Part shown: positions 49,802 through 59,757 of the stretch, piece after piece
How the letters are laid out: the number at the start of each line of letters is the position of its first letter
Numbering within the stretch: the first letter of the stretch is position 1
Assembly (NCBI RefSeq): GCF_039542865.1
Contig: NZ_BAABIQ010000002.1
Location: forward strand, 12,989-76,988
Direction of reading: 5' to 3'
Length of the DNA stretch: 64,000 nt
DNA from: Olivibacter ginsenosidimutans
Lineage (GTDB): Bacteria > Bacteroidota > Bacteroidia > Sphingobacteriales > Sphingobacteriaceae
Translations under genes and position numbers: made by a program
Notes under the pieces: model-generated
The model's database searches: none
Told to the model about the DNA's origin: nothing
What the model saw: only the letters and a program-made list of their open reading frames with translations

Positions 49802-50788
49802 ATGAGTAAGCCAACATCAAGATTACCTTTCATAGAGATTATTGAATGGGAAGCCCATGACCCCAATCTCTTAATGTGGAAGACTCCAGACGGAGATCGA
49901 GAAATAAAAAATGGTGCAAAACTTATTGTGCGGGATAGCCAGTTGGCTATGCTCATAAGTGAGGGGCAGTTAGCTGGAGTTTTTAAAGCCGGTACACACA
50001 CGTTACATACACAGAATATCCCGATTTTAACACGACTTAAGGGATGGAAATATGGTTTCGAAAGTCCGTTTAAAATAGATGTTTACTTCTTTTCCAATAA
50101 ACAATTTGTAAATCTAAAATGGGGAACACCATCTCCCATAATACTTCGCGATCCGCAATTCGGTCAGGTACGTATAAGGGCTTTTGGAACCTATAATGTG
50201 CGCGTAACAGATGTTGATTTGTTCTTTAAAGAATATGCGGGAAATCGTGAACAACTTGACATTACCGAGTTCGAAAAAAAATTGCGTGATTTTATTGCTC
50301 CTAAATTCGGAGAGGCATTAGCCCTTTCTAAAATAGCCACATTGGATATTTCACAAAATCTTTCGGCATTAAATGCACGTATTCAACCCCTCATTCAACC
50401 TTATTTTGAAAACTTCGGTGTAGAGATTACGCAGTTTACTGTGACAGCCGTTAATTTACCAGAAGAAGTAATAAGCTATTACGATAAGGTAACGGGTATG
50501 AACATGGTGAACAATTTGGAAAATTTCCAGAAATTCAATACGGCCATTGCCACGAGCAATGAGCATAGTAGGATAGGTGAGGGTGCACAACAAGGGCTTG
50601 CCATGGGGATGCTGCTAACGCAGTTGAACCAAACACAAGAACAACAGAAAACAGCATATACATCCACCCAAGAAAATGAAGATGCCATAGCTGATCGTTT
50701 ACAGAAACTTAAAAATTTATTTGATAACGGTTTGATCGATGAATCGGAATATAAGGCTAAGAAAGAAGTTATTTTGGGAGAACTTTAA
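49802..50788 (+). CDS. SPFH/Band-7-like (Band_7_1, YdjI-like) protein with C-terminal SHOCT motif (second copy)
   Basis: 328 aa, paralogous in layout to 31500..32501 (IIEWEAHDPNLLMWKTPDGDREIKNGAKLIVRDSQLAMLISEGQ). C-terminal SHOCT-like LKNLFDNGLIDESEYKAKKEVILGEL. Confidence 0.65.
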   Translation: MSKPTSRLPFIEIIEWEAHDPNLLMWKTPDGDREIKNGAKLIVRDSQLAMLISEGQLAGVFKAGTHTLHTQNIPILTRLKGWKYGFESPFKIDVYFFSNKQFVNLKWGTPSPIILRDPQFGQVRIRAFGTYNVRVTDVDLFFKEYAGNREQLDITEFEKKLRDFIAPKFGEALALSKIATLDISQNLSALNARIQPLIQPYFENFGVEITQFTVTAVNLPEEVISYYDKVTGMNMVNNLENFQKFNTAIATSNEHSRIGEGAQQGLAMGMLLTQLNQTQEQQKTAYTSTQENEDAIADRLQKLKNLFDNGLIDESEYKAKKEVILGEL

Positions 50789-50916
50789 GCGAATGTTCTA
50801 AGAGTTATAACGAAGCAATCTAAAGCCATAGTGATCATTTTTGATCAACGTTTAGATAATCTCTAAGCTGCTTATTTAAATCTGATAACCCAAAACTGCA
50901 TCAATAAATTCAATCA

Positions 50917-51156
50917 ATGAAAGAACATAAATCGTCATCAAGTATAGTGGAACGCCTGAAAGCTCGAGCATTGGCCCAACAGAAAGATACTGTAAAAGTG
51001 GAACTAGCCAAAACAACGGTAAGGACATGCCCGAATTGTGGTGCCGGGAGGGCAAAACAGGATGGACTAACCCATTGCGCTTATTGTGGCTATTGCTTTA
51101 GTGCGCATACACTCGTAGATGGCATACAGATAAAACAAAGTGATAACTCAAAATAG
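50917..51156 (+). CDS. small zinc-ribbon protein
   Basis: 79 aa with CPNCG...CAYCGYC (two CxxC pairs). Confidence 0.45.
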   Translation: MKEHKSSSSIVERLKARALAQQKDTVKVELAKTTVRTCPNCGAGRAKQDGLTHCAYCGYCFSAHTLVDGIQIKQSDNSK

Positions 51157-51217
51157 ATTCAGATAATAGGTATCAAGATAAAAGACCAGTATCACGACAA
51201 GGCACTTGCAACATATA

Positions 51218-52051
51218 ATGGCTAATCAGCTGGTTGATATTTTTTTTACTTTTTACTTTAAGCTAATGGCTCTTTTTTTTAGAAAAAAACAACATAGTAA
51301 CAACGCAAATGCTGAGCAGCGTGAGGATATCGTATCACGTCTACAGGTATTTTTGGCCAGACTAGATGAGAAAGCAAAGCTATTGTATGATGAGGCGAAA
51401 GAAAGTGCACAATCGATAGCTGATGCTGATCCAGATCCTTTCAAGCGTTCTTATTACCAGTTTAAGACAGGTATACAAGGACAATTCCAGGCGTTGTTGC
51501 AAAAGGCTAATACGACTTATCAATCGCAGGTATTACCAAAAGCAAATATGTTTGAACAGATGAAAGTGATGACAATCTTTGCAGCTTGGCATAGTAACTT
51601 TTTACACCTGATGACGGATGTATTTGAAGGGGTGCAGTTGCGCGACCTGGAAAAAGAATATCGGGAAATTATGGACGACTATACGTTGGCCAAAGAGAAA
51701 TTTCATTGTTCGCAATGTGGTGGCAAATTGGAAATCGATCAGTTTTATTACATTTCTACCTACATTACTTGTCCATATTGCAAAACACAAAATACGTTTC
51801 ATCCTGGCACGAAAACACGCTTATTGGAGTTAATTGCTCGTGATTTGGCGGAATATAGGCATCGAGATTTGAAGGAAAACTACCAAAAAGTGCGTAGAGA
51901 ATATGGCGTAAAAGAAGCGGAGCAAGCTTTCAAAAGCTATATGCGTGCCGTTATTGATGAGATGAATCGTATTCAACCCGGAATGGAAATACAGAACGAT
52001 AGGTTTTATGAACGTATAATAGAAGAATATACCCATCACGGAATAGGTTAA
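51218..52051 (+). CDS. hypothetical protein with internal zinc ribbon (CSQCGG...CPYCKT)
   Basis: The ORF-track start is TTG at 51206. ATG at 51218 gives MANQLVDIFF.... Two CxxC pairs about 20 aa apart. Confidence 0.45.
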   Translation: MANQLVDIFFTFYFKLMALFFRKKQHSNNANAEQREDIVSRLQVFLARLDEKAKLLYDEAKESAQSIADADPDPFKRSYYQFKTGIQGQFQALLQKANTTYQSQVLPKANMFEQMKVMTIFAAWHSNFLHLMTDVFEGVQLRDLEKEYREIMDDYTLAKEKFHCSQCGGKLEIDQFYYISTYITCPYCKTQNTFHPGTKTRLLELIARDLAEYRHRDLKENYQKVRREYGVKEAEQAFKSYMRAVIDEMNRIQPGMEIQNDRFYERIIEEYTHHGIG

Positions 52052-52086
52052 ATAACTTTATATATAAATCTTTAAAACAATACGTT

Positions 52087-52869
52087 ATGTTTAAGAAAAT
52101 GTTTAAAAATCTGACAGATAATTTAACGGAGAAGTTAACGGACAATTTAATGAATAACCAAACTTCTAAAAGCCAAGAGAATTACGCCGAGCAAATGAGG
52201 CAGGCTTATGGTGGTCAGATCGATCAACAAAAGTTTGACAGTCAAGTCTCTGCAATGGGGTATACCACTATAAATTCTGCGAAAGAAGACCCCAATGACC
52301 CGCTAATGCAACCCATTCATGGCGTTACCCTTTTTGATTATGCAGCGGGTGCTGGAAAAATGGGTGAAGGTGTTTCTGAAGATCAAATTTGTGTCGCTTT
52401 GGGTATAGAACGCCCCATGTGGGATGAAGCACGTAAACTTTGGGAAGCCCGGATGAAAGAAGACAAAAGTTTCAACGTAGCTAATGTCTATGCAAAGTAT
52501 TACGGAGAATATAAAAAACATGAGAAATTGGGTTCACTTACTCCACTTCCCGGTGCCGCTCCGCAAACAAATGTTCCATCGGAAGAGATCGAAGCGAATT
52601 TGAAACGTATTGAGGAAGACAAATATTTCTTTTTTGAAATGCAAGCGGCCATGCAAGCGGCCTATGATAACGGAATAGATGGAGCGCAATGGTTGCTTGA
52701 AACGATTGGTATTACCGTTTCCCAATTCAATAGCACGGGAGCTAAATATATGACGGATTTTGGTTTGGTGGCACAAATGATGGATTTTCAAGACCAAAAA
52801 CAAAAAGAATATAGTGCAAAGTTTGCTCAGGATTTAGGTGGTAGTATTGCCGACGATGTGCAATTCTAA
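52087..52869 (+). CDS. hypothetical protein
   Basis: 260-aa ORF in an operon-like array with the SPFH-SHOCT and Zn-ribbon genes. No domain recognised. Confidence 0.4.
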   Translation: MFKKMFKNLTDNLTEKLTDNLMNNQTSKSQENYAEQMRQAYGGQIDQQKFDSQVSAMGYTTINSAKEDPNDPLMQPIHGVTLFDYAAGAGKMGEGVSEDQICVALGIERPMWDEARKLWEARMKEDKSFNVANVYAKYYGEYKKHEKLGSLTPLPGAAPQTNVPSEEIEANLKRIEEDKYFFFEMQAAMQAAYDNGIDGAQWLLETIGITVSQFNSTGAKYMTDFGLVAQMMDFQDQKQKEYSAKFAQDLGGSIADDVQF

Positions 52870-52876
52870 TCGAATA

Positions 52877-54790
52877 CTATACCAAATCTTGTAAAAAAGT
52901 ATCCAACTCCACTTCTTTAGGTAAGTGGAGTTTTTGTTTAATACGGTACTTACTCACACGAATGCTTTTAGGTTCTACATTAAAAACAGAAGCCATTTCT
53001 TTCGTAGATAATCTTAAGTGCATATAGGCACAGTACTTGAGATCTAGGGGAGTCAGTTTATGATCAGACAGTTCCTTAAGCTTTTGAAAGAAGCTGGAAT
53101 GGATTTCCTGAAATTCCTTTGTTGATTTGTTAAGGGTTTCCTCATGGCGCAATTCCGTACGGATTATCTTGGCAATCACTCCCTTGTCTTCTTCATCTAC
53201 GAAAGTTTCTAATCTATCTTTTAGCTGTAGGAGTAATTCATTCTTCCGCTCAATTTGCAAGGCATCTGCCAGAGCCTCTCGTTCCATTTGTTCTTTCTGA
53301 ATTTTTAATAGCTCTTGTTCGGCTTTTAGACGTGCCTGCTCCTCCTGTTCCAGTCGCAATTGCATACGAGCATGTCGCTCAGCCTCGGCTTTTTCAACTA
53401 AAAGAAAGCGCTTTTCTTTTTCCCGCATTTGTGCAATGGCTAAGGCGTCTTCTTTTTCCTTTTGCAAATTTAATTGCTGTTCGGTATGCAAACGTATTTT
53501 GTTACGGTAACTGTAATAAAGTAAAATGAGCGAAATGAGGGCTAATACTGCGACACTAGCATACAATATATTTTGAATTTTTCGGCTTTGCTGTTGGGCC
53601 TTAATGTTTTTCATCTCTAACAAAATCCGCTGATTCTCATATTGCGCTTCCAGTTTGTGGGATTGTACGATTTGATTTTGGTCAAAGAGCTTACTATTGT
53701 ACATCTCCTTTTTCCTTAGAAAAGAAAGAGCTTTTTGGTCTTGTCCAATCTTTTCATAAAGTCGGCTCAAACCTTCCGTTACTTGCGTTAACGCATAATA
53801 CTGTGGAAGTTCTGCTTCAGCCAAATGGACATAAGAGTCTTGTAAATAGATCTCTGCCTGCTTATAATTACCATTATGCGTCTCAAGTTCGGCCAATAAA
53901 CCATTAACATTACCATGAATAAGGTAATTCAAATCCTGATCTGCTACCGCTTGTTGAGCGCGAAGTGCATATTTACGGATACTGTCTTGTACGTACTGAT
54001 GGCTTAATTCATGATATTGAAAATAGTGGTTAGCAATATTTAAATTAGCAATAGCATAGGTATTGTTGCCAACAGCTCCTGGATATAGCTTAAACAAATT
54101 AGCTGCTTGATGTAACTTATATAACATACTATCTAAAAGCAATTGATTCTTACGTTGCTGATAGTCCATTTCTATGGCCACAGACTGCGCCGTATAACTA
54201 TTGCTGAGCAGATCGTAATCTTTGGCTCGTTGAGCATATGTTGTACTTAACTGCGCATATTTAGTCGTTAATTTGAGATCATTCCAGCTAGAGTAGACGG
54301 TATAGAGTAAATAATAAAGTCGGGATTTTAAATCATCATCTTTGTTTGCTGGTATAAGAGCAAGGGCGTCTTGTGCGTTTTTTACAGCGAGATCCCGGAT
54401 GTTCAAATAGTTATAATAATTGGCTAAGGCCATTTTTCCCCAAATCTTGGCATACACCTCTTTGGAGTCAGAAGCCATCTTAGCGGCAGAATCAGCATAT
54501 TTTTTTGCTAAATCAAAGTCATTATCGTATAACTTCTGTCTGCTTAATTCTCCAAAAATCTGTACCTGCTGTGTACGGTTTTGTGCTTGTTCGGCTATTT
54601 TTTTTGCAATGACGATCGTTTGTAAATTTGCTTTGAAATGACCACTTAAACGATACCGTTTTGCCTGCTTTAATAGAGAGTCTACCTGTTGTTCTTTTGT
54701 TTCCACTTGTGCTAACGAGATAGCTGGGCCAAATAGCAGTCCGCAAAAGAAAATGATCCGTAGAAGATGCCGGCAACTCATATTTTGCAT
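52877..54790 (-). CDS. TPR-repeat / single-TM / coiled-coil regulator with C-terminal LuxR(GerE)-type HTH
   Basis: 637 aa with signal peptide, TPR-like repeats over about 400 aa, a TM helix (ILYASVAVLALISLILLYY) and an E/K/Q-rich coiled coil. C-terminal HTH: LTPLDLKYCAYMHLRLSTKEMASVFNVEPKSIRVSKYRIKQKL. Confidence 0.75.
   Translation of the reverse strand: MQNMSCRHLLRIIFFCGLLFGPAISLAQVETKEQQVDSLLKQAKRYRLSGHFKANLQTIVIAKKIAEQAQNRTQQVQIFGELSRQKLYDNDFDLAKKYADSAAKMASDSKEVYAKIWGKMALANYYNYLNIRDLAVKNAQDALALIPANKDDDLKSRLYYLLYTVYSSWNDLKLTTKYAQLSTTYAQRAKDYDLLSNSYTAQSVAIEMDYQQRKNQLLLDSMLYKLHQAANLFKLYPGAVGNNTYAIANLNIANHYFQYHELSHQYVQDSIRKYALRAQQAVADQDLNYLIHGNVNGLLAELETHNGNYKQAEIYLQDSYVHLAEAELPQYYALTQVTEGLSRLYEKIGQDQKALSFLRKKEMYNSKLFDQNQIVQSHKLEAQYENQRILLEMKNIKAQQQSRKIQNILYASVAVLALISLILLYYSYRNKIRLHTEQQLNLQKEKEDALAIAQMREKEKRFLLVEKAEAERHARMQLRLEQEEQARLKAEQELLKIQKEQMEREALADALQIERKNELLLQLKDRLETFVDEEDKGVIAKIIRTELRHEETLNKSTKEFQEIHSSFFQKLKELSDHKLTPLDLKYCAYMHLRLSTKEMASVFNVEPKSIRVSKYRIKQKLHLPKEVELDTFLQDLV
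52906..52935 (+). terminator. rho-independent terminator hairpin (ACTCCACTT-8nt-AAGTGGAGT followed by TTTTT)
   Basis: 9-bp perfect stem, 8-nt loop and a T-run. It lies 37 nt after the stop of 52087..52869 and inside the last codons of the convergent LuxR-type gene. Confidence 0.45.
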
Positions 54791-54893
54791 AGGTGTTTAT
54801 TGGCTAAGTTAAAAAAATATCGTACACTAAAGAAAAGAGCTGTTGATATACCTCAAAAAATACTATCTTGAACTGTTTTTCAATGGGCATAAA

Positions 54894-55484
54894 ATGAATA
54901 CTAAACTACAACAGGCTTTTGAACGGTTTGATCAGTATAATCAGCAAGATCCGAATGCATTGATCTGGGAAGAAAAAACCTATCCACAAGAGTATTTTTT
55001 AGCACTTAAACTACATGATTGGGTACTTCGATTAAAACCTGATGCAAATGAAGCTTTACGATTAGCTTCTCGCAGCCAGCATATCGGAAGGTGGAAAATT
55101 GCCCGTAAAGATTATCCGGCAGGAAGAGAGGGTTATCTAAAATGGCGAAAGGAATTGGCCAATTTTCATGCCGACAAATCAGCGTCTATCCTTCAAGAAG
55201 TGGGCTATAGTGAGGAAATTATTCAGAAAGTTCGAAGCATTATTCTTAAAAAAAGAATAAAAGTAGATCAAGACGTACAGACCATGGAAAACGCGTTATG
55301 TTTAGTATTTTTAGCTTATCAGTATGAAACATTTTATCCCAAATACAGGACTAAAATCGTTACTATTTTAAAGAAATCTCTACTGAAGATGGATAGCCAT
55401 GGTCATCAATTTGCGCTAGCTTTACCTTATTCAGAAGAGGGTCTACAATATATCAAAGAAGCATTGCGCTTGATCCAATCGTAA
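54894..55484 (+). CDS. hypothetical conserved protein
   Basis: The ORF-track start is 54843. Internal ATG 54894 gives MNTKLQQAFERFDQYNQQDPN.... Soluble, no motif recognised. Confidence 0.4.
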   Translation: MNTKLQQAFERFDQYNQQDPNALIWEEKTYPQEYFLALKLHDWVLRLKPDANEALRLASRSQHIGRWKIARKDYPAGREGYLKWRKELANFHADKSASILQEVGYSEEIIQKVRSIILKKRIKVDQDVQTMENALCLVFLAYQYETFYPKYRTKIVTILKKSLLKMDSHGHQFALALPYSEEGLQYIKEALRLIQS

Positions 55485-55509
55485 GGCCATTCATTCAGCT
55501 AATGCAATC

Positions 55510-55833
55510 ATGTTGAGGCAGTTTTTTAAAATTTATTTCTCTTCTTTTACCCTCTTGATTGGCTTTAACCTTTTTATGAGTGTGCTAGCTGTTCTCCTGT
55601 TTTTGCAAGAGGGCTTCGATCTATACGGTGTCTACCTCATTAGTGTGCTAATTAAAAGCGTTGGCTATTTATTTTCTGTAGCCATCGAACGTATGTTCTA
55701 TGCTAACCGCGTATATTTCTTTAAAAACTTAGGGCTAAGTTACCGTTGGATTTTCACTTATCTATTTTTATTGGATTTTGGATACTACCTATTAATCTTA
55801 ATTGGATGTCGGATTATCGGGAACTTTACTTAG
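55510..55833 (+). CDS. small 3-TM membrane protein (hypothetical)
   Basis: 107 aa, hydrophobic. Overlaps the start of the following ABC ATPase gene. Confidence 0.35.
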   Translation: MLRQFFKIYFSSFTLLIGFNLFMSVLAVLLFLQEGFDLYGVYLISVLIKSVGYLFSVAIERMFYANRVYFFKNLGLSYRWIFTYLFLLDFGYYLLILIGCRIIGNFT

Positions 55834-56471
55834 ATAGCGTTTCGCATCGCTATGGTACAAAACAAATATTGAGCAGTGTATACCTGAGCTGTAAAATAGG
55901 AGAGACTGTTGGCCTATTGGGCAGAAATGGTTCTGGAAAATCGACCTTGCTTAAAGTAATTTTTGGAACATTAAATCCTCATTTTAAATATGCACGATTG
56001 AACGGAAAACCTTTTAAGAAGGGATATCTGACAGGACAAATCGCGTATTTGCCTCAAGAACGTTTTGTGCCACTGCATGTGAAAATAGAAAAGCTATTCC
56101 ATCTTTTTGTTCACACACATCGTGATTTGGTTTTTTCGACAGACTTCATTCGCGATCATCTTCGTTACACCGCTGACCAGCTTTCCGGTGGACTGCAACG
56201 ATTGATTGAATGTTTTTTAATCCTTTATAGCGACGCCTCATTTGTACTATTGGATGAACCCTTCTCTCAGATTGCACCGATTTATGTAGAAGAGATTCAG
56301 GATCATATGCAACTGCTTAAAGCGAAGAAAGGATTTATTGTAACCGATCACTATTATGAACGTATTCTTGAAGTTAGTGACCGTATTGTATTGATAAACA
56401 ATGGGTGTAACTATAAAATAACAACTAAGGAAGATCTTGCTTTACACGGCTATATTCCATCCATGAAATAA
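55806..56471 (+). CDS. ABC transporter ATP-binding protein (single NBD, no cognate permease adjacent)
   Basis: Walker A GRNGSGKSTL, signature LSGGLQR and Walker B LLDEPFS. Start set at ATG 55806 (MSDYRELYLDSVSHRYG). Confidence 0.8.
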   Translation: MSDYRELYLDSVSHRYGTKQILSSVYLSCKIGETVGLLGRNGSGKSTLLKVIFGTLNPHFKYARLNGKPFKKGYLTGQIAYLPQERFVPLHVKIEKLFHLFVHTHRDLVFSTDFIRDHLRYTADQLSGGLQRLIECFLILYSDASFVLLDEPFSQIAPIYVEEIQDHMQLLKAKKGFIVTDHYYERILEVSDRIVLINNGCNYKITTKEDLALHGYIPSMK

Positions 56472-56474
56472 GTC

Positions 56475-57521
56475 CTACAATGCTTCAAAAGGGACAATGC
56501 GATTCCAATCCACATGCTTAAGCCCTATCCCCGGTGTTTCATCTACTGGGATTACATCACCTTTACAAATGAAGCCGGTGAAGGGGTCATTCGTTACGCC
56601 TAAATTACCATCCAGATCAATATAATCCGCTAAGCTGCCCAATTGTGCTGCTGCTGAAATGGCACAAGATGTTTCAGACATACACCCAATCATGGTTTGT
56701 AGACCTAACCTTTTAGCTTCCATCAACATTTCAAAAGCTTCCTTTATTCCGGTGGATTTCATAAGCTTTACGTTAATACCGTGGTAATAGGAGCTTGCTG
56801 TTTCGAGATCTGCAAAACGTTGAATCCCTTCATCTCCAATAAGGGGGAGCGGACTCCTTTCCTTTAACCAATACATGCCTTCGTAATCGTTTTTTGGAAG
56901 CGGTTGTTCAATAAAAACACAGTTCTGTTCGGACAACCATTCAATCAAACGGATAGCTATTTCAGGATCTTTCCATCCTTGATTGGCATCAATATATAAA
57001 GGTTTGTCTGTTTCTCTCCGTATCGCCTCAATCAATGTTCGATCATGAGAAGTACCCAGTTTTACTTTAAGGTAACGAAATGCTGTTGCCTCCTTTACCC
57101 GTTGGGCCATAATTTCCGGCGCTTCTATCGTAATGGTTTGAGCAGTTACCAAAGATGCCGCTGGGAGATGGTATAGTTGATGTACTGGCTGCTTTAAAAA
57201 TTTCCCCAAGAGATCATGCAACGCTATATCTAAGGCCGCTTTTATCGCTGCATTTCCCGGAGCAATTCCGTCGATATAGGATAATAGGGGCGAAAGATCG
57301 GGAAAACAATCAAAAGTATTTAGATCTACCTTCTCCAAAAACAGCTGAGCAGTATTAAGGTCTTCCCCGTAACGTGGCGGCATGGAAGCCTCTCCATAGC
57401 CGGTATATCCTTTATAGCTAAGCTTAATTAGCATCAAAGGTGTACCTGTTCGCACATTATCTGCAATGCGAAACGGATGCCGCATGTGAAGGAAATACGG
57501 TTTGTATGCTAACTCAAACAT
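56475..57521 (-). CDS. dipeptide epimerase (enolase superfamily, L-Ala-D/L-Glu epimerase-like)
   Basis: 348 aa with a capping domain and a TIM barrel with metal ligands (KVKLG, IDANQGW, IEQP, GDEG) typical of the mandelate racemase/muconate lactonizing enzyme subgroup. Confidence 0.8.
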   Translation of the reverse strand: MFELAYKPYFLHMRHPFRIADNVRTGTPLMLIKLSYKGYTGYGEASMPPRYGEDLNTAQLFLEKVDLNTFDCFPDLSPLLSYIDGIAPGNAAIKAALDIALHDLLGKFLKQPVHQLYHLPAASLVTAQTITIEAPEIMAQRVKEATAFRYLKVKLGTSHDRTLIEAIRRETDKPLYIDANQGWKDPEIAIRLIEWLSEQNCVFIEQPLPKNDYEGMYWLKERSPLPLIGDEGIQRFADLETASSYYHGINVKLMKSTGIKEAFEMLMEAKRLGLQTMIGCMSETSCAISAAAQLGSLADYIDLDGNLGVTNDPFTGFICKGDVIPVDETPGIGLKHVDWNRIVPFEAL

Positions 57522-57594
57522 GGTGTATGGTTTGATTTACACAATCACTGTTTCCGCAGTAAATCTACAATTTTTCTGTTAACGAAACAGGTCA

Positions 57595-57969
57595 TTAATT
57601 ATCCACGATTGTCTTTCCAAAAGGCATCAAAGAAAGTTCCAATAACTTTAGATGCTGCTTTGCAAAGGGAATACCTATAATGGTAATGGCTAGAATTACA
57701 GCCCAGAAAAGATGGTTAAGCGCCGTATACAATCCACCAAATAAAATCCAAATGATATTGGCCATCACATTTAAACAACCTGATGCAGAAGGTCTATTAA
57801 CTACCCGTTTTCCAAATGGAAATAAAACCATTCCTGCTAATTTAAAGCACTGGATACCAAATGGAATACCTATAACGGTTAAACAAAGGATCAATCCACC
57901 AAAAAGATAACCAAGTGCAGCAAAAAATCCACCAAAAATAAACCAAATAATATTGCCTATGATATTCAT
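57595..57969 (-). CDS. YccF domain-containing inner membrane protein (DUF307)
   Basis: 124 aa made of two repeats of the GNIIWFIFGG...IGIPFG motif. Confidence 0.8.
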   Translation of the reverse strand: MNIIGNIIWFIFGGFFAALGYLFGGLILCLTVIGIPFGIQCFKLAGMVLFPFGKRVVNRPSASGCLNVMANIIWILFGGLYTALNHLFWAVILAITIIGIPFAKQHLKLLELSLMPFGKTIVDN

Positions 57970-58381
57970 TGCTTCTTATACCTGATGTTTACCATAAGTA
58001 AGACCTCTAAAGTGCAGTAATGTTACAACTAAAGAATGGATAATAAAAACCGCAACTTATTTAGCATCAACGCTGAGGCGGTTATATGCCATTTTAACCT
58101 TGTTATTTTTTATTGGTCATGAAGGTATATGATTACCGACGCAAAACTGCTAAATTTAGGCGAATAATTCATTATAAACCAACAATATATAATTTTCTAA
58201 ACAATTAATCCGGGTATTTGTACCTTAAATAAGTAAAACGGACTTTATCGTATGCCGCTGATTAATTATAATGGCTGTATAGGGTTAGTCGGCCAATTTT
58301 AAAAACGATACGATAACTTCATTAACGCTATTTAAACGATCTGTGAGTTCAATATCAACAACTAATAAATCCACTACAAAT

Positions 58382-59698
58382 ATGCCCAGAAAAATATTGG
58401 GTACTACGGATGCAATCGCATTAATTGTAGGTATTGTTATCGGTGCTGGCGTTTTTAAAACTCCTGCTTTAGTAGCTAGCCATACGGAAGATGATGTTAT
58501 GTTTATATTAGCCTGGTTACTAGGTGGTATAGTCTCTTTAATTGGCGCATTAAATTATGCTGAATTAACAACAGCTTACCCTCATACCGGTGGTGATTAT
58601 CATTTTCTTTATCGCGCATATGGGAAACGTTTGGCTTTTTTATTTGCTTGGTCGCGTATGAGTGTTATTCAAACGGGTTCAATTGCTTTATTAGCGTTCA
58701 TTTTTGGCGATTATGCATCCCAATTTTATAGCCTTGGTTCCTATTCGGAGAGTATATATACGCTTGGCATCATCATTATACTCACCTTGATTAACATCCT
58801 AGGATTAACTTTTGGTGCCACTGCCCAAAAAATATTTACCGTTTTAGAAGTTGCTGGAATCTTAATGGTTATCTTATCCGGTTTGTTTTTTGCAACACCT
58901 GTAATACCGCAAAACGTTACAGCCACTGTTCATACTACACCGCCCTCATCGTCTTTTGGGATGGCAATGGTGTTTGTTTTATTAACCTTTGGAGGATGGA
59001 ACGAAGCGGCCTACATTTCTGCTGAACTTAAATCAGGTGCGAAGAGTATGGCAAAAGCAATGATCTGGAGTATGGTTATTATAACGCTCGTTTATTTACT
59101 CGTTAATTTTACATATCTCTATATCATGGGGCATCAAGGTATTGCTCATTCTAATGCGGTTGCCGCTGATCTGATGCAACTCGTTTGGGGACCAAAGGCC
59201 TCTCGGTTCATTGGTCTTCTCGTAGCGATATCAGCCTTGACTTCTGCTAATGCCACCATTATAACCGGCGCCCGTTCAAATTATGCCTTGGGTAAAGATT
59301 TTCCTTTTTTTAAAGAAATAGGTATCTGGAATCAGCGTTCAACTTCTCCTATTCGTGCTCTTTTATTGCAGGGTATTATTGCCATCGTACTGGTTGGATT
59401 GGGGCTGTTAACCCGTAATGGCTTTGAGACTATTGTTGATTATACAGCGCCCGTATTTTGGTTTTTCTTACTAATGGTTGGCATAGCTGTTTTAATCATG
59501 AGAGTGAAAGACCCCAAACGGGAGCGCCCATTCAAGGTCCCGCTATATCCCATTTTACCGATTTTATTCTGCTTAAGCAGCACATTCCTTTTATATAGCA
59601 GTCTCACTTATACCGGTGTTGGTGCATTGGTAGGCGTTGGGGTACTTATTATCGGATTGATTGTTTATTTGGTTATGCCAACAGTTAATGCAAGGTAA
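58382..59698 (+). CDS. APC family amino acid permease
   Basis: 12-TM protein with an N-terminal (A/G)IGAGVF-type motif (IVGIVIGAGVFKTPA). The ORF-track start is GTG 58343. ATG 58382 is preferred. Confidence 0.85.
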   Translation: MPRKILGTTDAIALIVGIVIGAGVFKTPALVASHTEDDVMFILAWLLGGIVSLIGALNYAELTTAYPHTGGDYHFLYRAYGKRLAFLFAWSRMSVIQTGSIALLAFIFGDYASQFYSLGSYSESIYTLGIIIILTLINILGLTFGATAQKIFTVLEVAGILMVILSGLFFATPVIPQNVTATVHTTPPSSSFGMAMVFVLLTFGGWNEAAYISAELKSGAKSMAKAMIWSMVIITLVYLLVNFTYLYIMGHQGIAHSNAVAADLMQLVWGPKASRFIGLLVAISALTSANATIITGARSNYALGKDFPFFKEIGIWNQRSTSPIRALLLQGIIAIVLVGLGLLTRNGFETIVDYTAPVFWFFLLMVGIAVLIMRVKDPKRERPFKVPLYPILPILFCLSSTFLLYSSLTYTGVGALVGVGVLIIGLIVYLVMPTVNAR

Positions 59699-59757
59699 AA
59701 AAAACAAAATTACTTGATGAAATGTTAAGATAATCAGGTTGTTAAATAATTTTAAAG

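Noticed and set aside
57970-58342. About 370-bp leader upstream of the amino-acid permease, examined for T-box or lysine riboswitch features
   Set aside because: No specifier/T-box consensus or lysine-box motifs recognised. Only a weak hairpin near 58051..58092. Unsupported without a model search.
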